Origin: an uncultured Rhodospirillaceae bacterium
GTDB lineage: Bacteria; Pseudomonadota; Alphaproteobacteria; UBA8366
Direction of reading: 5' to 3'
Length of the DNA: 58,981 bases
NCBI GenBank assembly: GCA_964585785.1
Contig: CAZPFL010000004.1
Span: forward strand, 1 to 58,981
Below the pieces are notes generated by a model, which did not search any database, was not told where the DNA came from, and saw only the letters and a program-made list of their open reading frames with translations. Each line of letters opens with the position of its first letter. The stretch's first letter is position 1. This document shows, one piece after another, positions 52,442 to 58,981 of this stretch. Position numbers and translations under genes: made by a program.

Positions 52442-55057
52442 ATGGCAGACCGAAAACAGCGGTCGACACGGCCAGCCTCGCAGGCAGCTTCTACGCGGCC
52501 TGGCTCCCTGTTGGACGCGGTGCCCCTTGATATCGCGGCCGCCGTGCCGGCCGACGACAATCATGACGACTTGACGGTCCGCGTCGAAGGACTGCTCAAC
52601 GGCGGGCGGCTGACCAAGGGGCAGAACAATGGCGACCGTAGCTGGTCGCTGTCCCTTGCCGATCTCGACGGGCTCAAATACGTGCCACCGTACGGCGGGT
52701 TCACGTCGCATACGCTGTGGGTCCGCGTACTGGCGATGGACGACGGCTTCGCCAATACGGTGGGCGTTTTCGCTCTTGAAGTCGATCCGGACTCGCTGCC
52801 GCCGCGCTTGCCCCCCAGGACGATGGGCAAGGCGGCTGAAAGCGCGGCAACCGCCGCCCGCCCGGCGCGCAAGGCGAAGGCCGAAGCGCCCGCGCCCGAC
52901 CTTTCGGCGGTCAAGGCCGACCTGGAAGCGCAGATGGCGGCTAAGATCGAATCCATGCGGGCGGAGCTTGAGGCCGAGACCCGTCGCAACTCGGCCGAGG
53001 CGCAGAACAAGCACGCCACCGAAACCTCGAAACAGCTGAAGGACGCGAAGGCGGCTTGGCAGAAGGAAGCCGAGCAGAAATTTGCCGAGGCCAAGGCGGC
53101 CTGGCGCAAGGAATCGGAACAGAAACTCGCGGAGGCCAAGACCGCCTGGCAGCGCGAAGCCGAAAAGCAGGTCGCGGACGCCAAGGCGGCCGTCGAGGCT
53201 CAGATGCTCCGCCGGATCAAAGCGGAATCCGGGGCGAAGGCTGCGGAACAGGCGGCGAAGGCGCAGGCGGTTTCCGAGCTGGAGGCGCGTCTCCAGGCTG
53301 CGGAAAAGCGTGCCGGTGAGACCGAAAAGCGCGCTGCCGAGATGGAAAGGCGCGCCGGTGAGGCCGAGAAACGGGCGAGCGAGCTCGAGAAGCGCGCCGC
53401 CGAGGCCGAAAAGCGAACGGGTGAGCTCGAGAAACGTACCGGCGAGACCGAGAAGGCGGGCCGGACGGTCGCCAGCGAGCTTGCTGAGCTGCAGACGCAG
53501 AAGGCGCAGCTCGACAAAGCCTTGGAAAAAGCCGAGGCCCGCGCGGTCGCAGCGGAGAAGGCGATGCAGGCGACCGACGCCAAGCTCGTCGACGCCATGG
53601 CCAAGCTGGCGCGCGCCGATGACACTGTGAAAAAGGCGGAAAGGGACGCAGCTGCGGCTGTAGACGAGCGGGTCAAGGGTCTGCGGGCCGAGATGGCAAC
53701 GCTCGAAGAGGCGCACGAGGCGGCGATCAAGAAGGCGCGCGACGAGGTTCGAAAAGCCGTCGATGCGGAATATGTCCAGGCGCTTGATGCGCTTCGGCAG
53801 GAGCATGCGGCGGAGCTGAAGCAGAAGCTCGCGGAAGCGCGCGAAACGCTCGGCGCCGAATTCGAAGCCCGCCAGTCGGAGCTGCGCGCCGAGATGGAGA
53901 AGGCTGCCTCCCAGCGCGTCGGCGCCGTGGAAAGCGGCATCGAGAACGCCATTGCGGATGCCTGCGCGACTGCCGTCGCCGAGGCCCGGGCGGATTGGGA
54001 GCGCGAGAACGAACGGAACCTTGCGCAGGCGTCCGAGGCGTGGAAGCGCGATCAGGACCAGCGCCTGGCTACGGCCCGCCTCGAATGGGAAGCCGAGCAG
54101 CAGGAAGCGCTGGAGACGGCGAAATCGTCGTGGCAACAGGAAGTGGAGGCGTCGCGTGCGGCCGCCGCTGAGGAAGCCCAGATAGCCCAGGAAGCCGCGG
54201 TCGCCGAACGGGACGGCTACTGGCAGGGCGAGCTCGAACGCCGGGTCGAGGAGGCGCAGGCGCATTCGACCGATTTCGATCGGCGGCTGGAGGCGGCGCG
54301 GGCGGATTGGGAGCGCAAGCACGAGGCGGCGCTGATCGAGCGCGACGATGCCTGGCGCGATCAAATCGAAAAGAAGCTCAGCGATGCGCGCGCCGAATGG
54401 CAGGTGGAAGAGGAACGCCGCTTCGCGGACGCGCGCGCGGACTGGGAGCGGACGGCCTTCGCCGCGCAGGCGGCGAAGGCGGAGCAAGGCGACGAGTCGG
54501 CACGGTCTGATGGCGGGGAGCCCGGGCTCTCGCTGATGACCCTGCAGGACAAGCTGCCGGATCCCGAATACACCCCTGCGCCCAGCCGGCGCGGGGATCG
54601 CAAGGGGCCGAGCATCCTGCTCAAGGCCTATCGCGCGACCGTCGGCAGGGTGCCATGGCGCGGCATGGGCCGCGTTGCGGGGATTGGGCTCATCGCCCTC
54701 GCAGGCTTCTTCGCTTACCCCTACGCGAAGCCTTTTGTCGTGGACAACATCGGCTCGATCGCTTCGAGCATCGGGGCGAAGATCGAGGGCTTCGGCGCCA
54801 GCCTTTGGGCGCCCCGCAAGAAGAGCCACGAGAAGATTTCGCCGCTCATCGGCACCCGCATGTTCATCCGCCCGAGCTCGGCCAATCTGCGGTCGAAGCC
54901 GGGTACCAACGCGGATGTCGTCGGCGTGGTGGAGCGCGCCACCGTCGTCGAGATCATCGCCGACAAGGGCAGCTGGCTCGAGATCCGCACCCTCGGCCGG
55001 TCCGTCAAGCAGGGCTGGATCCACCGTTCGCTGTTGTCCGACAAGCCGTTCAGCTAG
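52442..55057 (+). CDS. Large repeat-rich coiled-coil protein with a single TM segment and a C-terminal SH3b-like domain
   Basis: 871 aa from ATG 52442 (the ORF-track TTG at 52313 is less likely). It has an N-terminal beta-type module (about 52560-52790), about 600 aa of Ala/Glu/Lys/Arg-rich heptad-like sequence with in-frame tandem repeats, a TM helix (VAGIGLIALAGFFAYPYA, about 54673-54726), and a C-terminal FIRPSSANLRSKPGTNADVVGVVERATVVEIIADKGSWLEIR...GWIHRSLL (54860-55054), typical of bacterial SH3 domains. Confidence 0.75.
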   Translation: MADRKQRSTRPASQAASTRPGSLLDAVPLDIAAAVPADDNHDDLTVRVEGLLNGGRLTKGQNNGDRSWSLSLADLDGLKYVPPYGGFTSHTLWVRVLAMDDGFANTVGVFALEVDPDSLPPRLPPRTMGKAAESAATAARPARKAKAEAPAPDLSAVKADLEAQMAAKIESMRAELEAETRRNSAEAQNKHATETSKQLKDAKAAWQKEAEQKFAEAKAAWRKESEQKLAEAKTAWQREAEKQVADAKAAVEAQMLRRIKAESGAKAAEQAAKAQAVSELEARLQAAEKRAGETEKRAAEMERRAGEAEKRASELEKRAAEAEKRTGELEKRTGETEKAGRTVASELAELQTQKAQLDKALEKAEARAVAAEKAMQATDAKLVDAMAKLARADDTVKKAERDAAAAVDERVKGLRAEMATLEEAHEAAIKKARDEVRKAVDAEYVQALDALRQEHAAELKQKLAEARETLGAEFEARQSELRAEMEKAASQRVGAVESGIENAIADACATAVAEARADWERENERNLAQASEAWKRDQDQRLATARLEWEAEQQEALETAKSSWQQEVEASRAAAAEEAQIAQEAAVAERDGYWQGELERRVEEAQAHSTDFDRRLEAARADWERKHEAALIERDDAWRDQIEKKLSDARAEWQVEEERRFADARADWERTAFAAQAAKAEQGDESARSDGGEPGLSLMTLQDKLPDPEYTPAPSRRGDRKGPSILLKAYRATVGRVPWRGMGRVAGIGLIALAGFFAYPYAKPFVVDNIGSIASSIGAKIEGFGASLWAPRKKSHEKISPLIGTRMFIRPSSANLRSKPGTNADVVGVVERATVVEIIADKGSWLEIRTLGRSVKQGWIHRSLLSDKPFS
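53042..53191 (+). repeat. In-frame 45-bp tandem repeat, 3 full units plus a partial one (15-aa unit [DE]AK-x-AW-[QR]-[KR]-E-x-E-[QK]-[KQ]-x-A)
   Basis: Units at 53042-53086, 53087-53131 and 53132-53176, with a partial unit to 53191. Read directly from the sequence. Confidence 0.85.
53303..53470 (+). repeat. In-frame 21-bp tandem repeat, 7 full units plus 1 degenerate (heptad E-[KR]-R-[AT]-[AGS]-E-x)
   Basis: EKRAGET / EKRAAEM / ERRAGEA / EKRASEL / EKRAAEA / EKRTGEL / EKRTGET / EKAGRTV. Units start at 53303 and recur every 21 nt. Confidence 0.85.
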
Positions 55058-55060
55058 GGC

Positions 55061-55098
55061 GGCGGGCGGCCATCGCCCGCCCCATGCCGCGCCGGCAT
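55061..55098 (+). terminator. Two tandem GC-rich hairpins immediately after the coiled-coil gene stop (possible terminator, no U-tract)
   Basis: GGCGGGCG (55061-55068) pairs with CGCCCGCC (55074-55081). ATGCCG (55084-55089) pairs with CGGCAT (55093-55098). Confidence 0.3.
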
Positions 55099-55412
55099 CG
55101 TCCTGACCCGGAAATTGCCTTTTATCTGAGCAATCCGCGCCTCGATCGGATCATCGGCGCGAATCGCCGGGCGCCCCATTGCGGCAAATCGGCCGCCGCG
55201 CCGGATCGTTCCGCGCAACCGAGCGCCCGGGCCACTTGGCATGGAATCTGCGTCAGGAATTGTGCCAGCTATGGCGGCATGGGATAGTATCCGGCCGGTC
55301 CCGCGGCCCGGAAACATCCAATGGAGCGGGTGGGCCTATGGCCTGCCCGCGGTCGTTATGGGCCGCTTCCAAGGTTTTTCATCCGCAGCCTAGGGCAAGG
55401 AGAAGGAGTGAC

Positions 55413-57074
55413 ATGAGCGCTACGTCAGTGCGGTCCGATCAATTCGATCCCGTAACGCTGGAAATCCTCTGGAGTCGGCTTATCTCGATCGCCGACGAGT
55501 CCGCCGCCGCCCTGCTGCGCACGTCCTTCTCCACCATCGTGCGGGAGTCGAACGACTTCGGCACCGTCCTGATGGACGCCAACGGCGACTCGCTGTCGGA
55601 GAATACCGGCGGCATTCCGTCCTTCTCGGGCATCCTGCCGCGCACCCTGAAGCACTTCCTGGCGAAATACCCGAAGGAGACCTGGAAGCCCGGCGACTGC
55701 GTGCTGACCAACGATCCCTGGCTCGCCACCGGCCATTTGCCGGACATCACGGTCGCCATGCCGATCTTCTACAAGGGCAAGCTGGTCGGCTTCTCGGGGT
55801 CGATCGCGCATTCGCCCGACATCGGCGGCTCGTTGTGGTCGGCCGACTGCCGCGAGCTGTTCGAGGAAGGCATCCGTATCCCACCGATGAAGTGGCTCAA
55901 GGAGGGTAAGCCGAACGAGGAGCTGAAGGAGATGATCCTCGGCAACGTGCGGCTGCCCGACCAGGTGTTGGGCGACCTGAACGCGCAGGTGACGGCGAAC
56001 GAGGTCTGCGGGCGGCGGCTCGTCGAGTTCCTCGGGGACGCCGAGCTGGACAATGTCGAGGGGCTGTCGGGCGCGCTGCAGAGCCGGGCGGAATCGGCGA
56101 TGCGCCAGGCGATCGAGAAGGTTCCCGACGGGACCTATCACTCGGCGCTCGATGCCGACGGCTTCGACGACGACGTGACCCACATCGAATGCACGATCAA
56201 GATCGACGGCTCCGACTTGACGATCGACTACGAGGGCACCTCGAAGCAGATCGGCCGTGGGCTCAACAACGTGATGAATTACACCTATGCCTACTCGGCC
56301 TACCCGATCAAATGCGCGCTCGACCCGCGCACGCCGCGCAACGAAGGCTCCTACCGGCCGATCACGGTGACGGCGCCCGAGGGCAGCATCCTCAACCCGC
56401 GCTATCCGGCGCCCTGCAACGCGCGCCAGCTCACCGGGCATCTGCTGGTCGGCGTGATCTACGACGCGCTGTCGCAGGCAATTCCCGACCTGGTGCTGGC
56501 GGACAGCGGCAGCGCGCCCTCGATGCGCGCCGTGTTCAGCGGCAGCGACCGGCAGGGCAATCGCTTCTCGCAGATCCTCTTCGCCAGCGGCGGCATGGGC
56601 GCTTGCCCGCACAAGGACGGGCTGTCGACCACGGCCTTCCCGACCAACGCAGGCGCGGGCAGTATCGAGGCGTTCGAGAGCATCTCGCCGCTGATCGTCT
56701 GGCGTAAGGAGTACCGGACGGACTCCGGCGGTGCGGGCAAGTATCGCGGCGGGCTCGGCCAGGAATGCGAGATCGAGAATCGCTCCAACACCCCGTTGCA
56801 GCTCTCGCTGCTGTCGGACCGCTGGTATCACCCGGCCGTCGGCGTGCTCGGCGGCAAGAACGGTGCGCCCAGCCAGATCAGCTTCAGCGATGGCTCGGTG
56901 CCGCATCAGAAGTCGCGCACGCAGATCGGCCCCGGCATGCGCCTCCACATGCGCTATGCCGGCGGCGGCGGCTATGGCGACCCGGCGGAACGCGCGACCA
57001 CGCAGATACAAGAAGACATCAAGAACGGCTATGTAACGGCGGCGGCGGCGCGCCGTGACTACGGCCGGTCGTAG
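55413..57074 (+). CDS. Hydantoinase B / oxoprolinase family protein
   Basis: 553-aa product from ATG 55413 (AAGGAGAAGGAG upstream). DPVTLEILWSRLISIADESAAALLRTSFSTIVRESNDFGTVLMD is the canonical HyuB N-terminus. Confidence 0.9.
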   Translation: MSATSVRSDQFDPVTLEILWSRLISIADESAAALLRTSFSTIVRESNDFGTVLMDANGDSLSENTGGIPSFSGILPRTLKHFLAKYPKETWKPGDCVLTNDPWLATGHLPDITVAMPIFYKGKLVGFSGSIAHSPDIGGSLWSADCRELFEEGIRIPPMKWLKEGKPNEELKEMILGNVRLPDQVLGDLNAQVTANEVCGRRLVEFLGDAELDNVEGLSGALQSRAESAMRQAIEKVPDGTYHSALDADGFDDDVTHIECTIKIDGSDLTIDYEGTSKQIGRGLNNVMNYTYAYSAYPIKCALDPRTPRNEGSYRPITVTAPEGSILNPRYPAPCNARQLTGHLLVGVIYDALSQAIPDLVLADSGSAPSMRAVFSGSDRQGNRFSQILFASGGMGACPHKDGLSTTAFPTNAGAGSIEAFESISPLIVWRKEYRTDSGGAGKYRGGLGQECEIENRSNTPLQLSLLSDRWYHPAVGVLGGKNGAPSQISFSDGSVPHQKSRTQIGPGMRLHMRYAGGGGYGDPAERATTQIQEDIKNGYVTAAAARRDYGRS

Positions 57075-57110
57075 CGATGTGACGGCACAGGAAGACAGGA
57101 CACAAGAAGA

Positions 57111-58981
57111 ATGGATAAACGCGTTCGCGTCGGCGTCGACGTCGGCGGCACTTTTACCGATTTCGTTCTGGTCGACGAGCAGCGCGACCTCATCTTTACC
57201 GGCAAGCGCCTGACCACGCCGCAAGACCCGAGCATCGCCATCACCGAAGGCGTTGCGCGGCTGCTGAAGGAAGCGGGGACCGATGCCGGCCGGCTGAACA
57301 GTGTGGTGCACGGCACGACGCTGGTGACCAACACGATCATCGAGCGCACCGGCGCCAAGGTCGGCCTGATCACGACCAAGGGCTTCCGGGACTCGCTCGA
57401 GATGGGACGCGAGATCCGTTACGACCTCTACGACCTGTTCCTGGAGAACCCTCCGACGCTGGTGCCGCGCTACCTGCGCTTCCAGGTTGCCGGCCGCATG
57501 GCGCCCGACGGCGAGGAGCTCGAGGCGTTTGACGAACAGGGCTTCCGTGAGGTCGCGAAAAAGCTGGTCGAGGAGGAGAAGGTCGACGCGCTGGCCGTCT
57601 GTTTCATGCATGCCTACCGCAACCCGGACCACGAGCGGCGGGCGAAGGCGATCCTTGCCGAAGAATTCGGCGGTGTGCCGGTGACGATCTCGTCGGAGAT
57701 CGCGCCCGAGATCCGCGAGTTCGAGCGGACGAGCACCGCCTGCGCCAACGCCTATGTCCAGCCGATGATGCTGCGCTATCTCGAGCGCCTGGACAAAAAG
57801 CTGCGCGACATGGGCACCAACGGGCAGCTTTACATCATGCTGTCGGGCGGCGGCATCACGACGGTGCGCTCGGCGCAGACCTTTCCGATCCGGCTGATCG
57901 AGTCCGGTCCGGCGGCGGGCGCGATGGCCGCGTCTTTCTATAGCGGGCTCACCGGGGACAAGAACCTCATCTCTTTCGACATGGGCGGCACGACGGCGAA
58001 GATGTGCCTGATCGACGGCGGCAAGCCGGACCATAAATACGATTTCGAGGCGGGCCGCGTACGGCGCTTCATGAAGGGCTCGGGCCTGCCGCTCAAGGTC
58101 TCGGTCGTCGACATGATCGAGATCGGCGCCGGCGGCGGCAGTCTCGCCAACGTCGATGCCATGGGCCTGCTCAAGGTCGGGCCGCGCAGCGCGGGCTCGA
58201 ACCCGGGACCGGTCTGTTACAACCTCGGCGGCGCCAACCCGGCAGTGACGGACGCGGACCTGTTTCTCGGCTATCTCAACCCGGACTATTTCCTGGGCGG
58301 CGAGATGGCGCTCGATCTTGCCACGGTCGAGCGCGCGATCAGCGAGAAGCTGGCGAAGCCGCTCGGGCTCACCACGCTGGAAGCGGCGGTCGGCATCCAC
58401 AACATCGTCAACGAGAACATGGCGGCGGCGACCCGCATGCATCTCGCGGAGAAAGGGCGCGATCCGCGCCGCTACGCCATGATCGCGTTCGGCGGCGCCG
58501 GTCCGGTGCACGCCTACAACCTCGCCAAGCTGCTCAAGCTCAAGCGGCTGATCGTGCCGCTGGGCGCGGGCGTCACCTCGGCGCTCGGCTTCCTCGTCGC
58601 CGCGCCCGCGATCGACTATGTGCGCAGCTATGTGTCGCGGCTGGAGCAGATCGACTGGCCGCATCTCAACGCGCTCTTCGCCGAGATGGAAGAAGAGGCG
58701 AAGGCGCTCTTGGTCGAGGCCGGCGCGCGGGCGGACGAGATCACGATGACCCGCATCGCCGACATGCGCCATGTCGGCCAGGGCTTCGAGATTTCCGTGC
58801 CGGTGCCGAACAGCACGCTTGGCAGCCAGACGACGGACGGGCTGCGCGAGGCCTTCTTCGCCGCCTATCAGCAGCTATTCGAGCGTACGGTGCGCGAGGT
58901 GCCGATCGAGGCGCTGAACTGGCGTCTCGCGGCGAGCGCGCCGGTGCCGAACATCGCGCTCAACTTCGGCGGCCAGCCCGC
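57111..58981 (+). CDS. Hydantoinase A / oxoprolinase family protein; the 3' end lies outside the window
   Basis: My own translation from ATG 57111: MDKRVRVGVDVGGTFTDFVLVDEQRDLIFTGKRLTTPQDPSIAITEGV..., with HGTTLVTNTIIERTGAKVGLITTKGFRD. It is absent from the ORF track because no stop occurs before the window end. Confidence 0.9.
   Translation, partial: MDKRVRVGVDVGGTFTDFVLVDEQRDLIFTGKRLTTPQDPSIAITEGVARLLKEAGTDAGRLNSVVHGTTLVTNTIIERTGAKVGLITTKGFRDSLEMGREIRYDLYDLFLENPPTLVPRYLRFQVAGRMAPDGEELEAFDEQGFREVAKKLVEEEKVDALAVCFMHAYRNPDHERRAKAILAEEFGGVPVTISSEIAPEIREFERTSTACANAYVQPMMLRYLERLDKKLRDMGTNGQLYIMLSGGGITTVRSAQTFPIRLIESGPAAGAMAASFYSGLTGDKNLISFDMGGTTAKMCLIDGGKPDHKYDFEAGRVRRFMKGSGLPLKVSVVDMIEIGAGGGSLANVDAMGLLKVGPRSAGSNPGPVCYNLGGANPAVTDADLFLGYLNPDYFLGGEMALDLATVERAISEKLAKPLGLTTLEAAVGIHNIVNENMAAATRMHLAEKGRDPRRYAMIAFGGAGPVHAYNLAKLLKLKRLIVPLGAGVTSALGFLVAAPAIDYVRSYVSRLEQIDWPHLNALFAEMEEEAKALLVEAGARADEITMTRIADMRHVGQGFEISVPVPNSTLGSQTTDGLREAFFAAYQQLFERTVREVPIEALNWRLAASAPVPNIALNFGGQP

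Noticed and set aside
53042-53470. Whether the regular 21-bp and 45-bp repeats could be a CRISPR array or another non-coding repeat array.
   Set aside because: There are no spacers. The units are directly adjacent, in frame, and encode heptad and 15-mer coiled-coil repeats inside a long ORF.
52394-55024. An 876-aa ORF antisense to the coiled-coil gene.
   Set aside because: A repeat-rich GC-biased coding region leaves the complementary frame open. The antisense product is Leu/Arg/Gly/Pro-rich and featureless. The plus-strand product has a coherent domain order: coiled coil, TM, SH3b.
55425-58772. A 1115-aa ORF antisense to the hydantoinase B/A genes.
   Set aside because: The plus strand carries canonical HyuB and HyuA N-termini with strong Shine-Dalgarno sites. 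The antisense product is Arg/Ala/Asp-rich low-complexity sequence with no motifs.

Overview
About 59 kb of GC-rich chromosomal DNA (roughly two-thirds G+C by eye, not computed). Gene content suggests a proteobacterium, probably an alphaproteobacterium: Bug/TTT transporters, TamAB, LLM oxidoreductases, an ect cluster. I call 52 protein-coding genes (two truncated by the window edges, one tentative small ORF). I found no rRNA, tRNA, CRISPR array, transposase, integrase or phage genes. Genes are tightly packed, with many 4-bp start/stop overlaps and several convergent pairs whose stop codons abut or overlap.

Main blocks:
- 1835-7349 (minus): an ectABCD ectoine/5-hydroxyectoine biosynthesis operon running straight into ehuBCD-like importer genes that lack an ATPase gene.
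- 7797-23086: miscellaneous regulators, transporters and oxidoreductases, including an orphan form-II CoxL-like molybdoenzyme.
- 23277-29477: tamA-tamB.
- 30428-41099 (plus): my best candidate for an undescribed system. It is a 13-gene co-directional cluster: a DUF971 protein, an AprA-like flavoprotein with a truncated AprB-like 2x[4Fe-4S] ferredoxin, a HEAT-repeat protein, GntR, a TlpA-like thioredoxin, a NitT/TauT-type ABC importer with an unknown polytopic membrane protein inserted between permease and ATPase, a small TM ORF, a dihaem cytochrome c and a Crp-family regulator.
- 41103-48094: two paralogous tctCBA transporter loci in mirror-image, divergent arrangement.
- 48162-51980: an acyl-CoA dehydrogenase / MaoC / CoA-transferase / enoyl-CoA hydratase operon.
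- 52442-55057: an 871-aa repeat-rich coiled-coil protein with one TM segment and a C-terminal SH3b-like domain.
- 55413 to the window end: hydantoinase B/A genes.

All family calls come from reading the translated ORFs against remembered family signatures. No database search was run.
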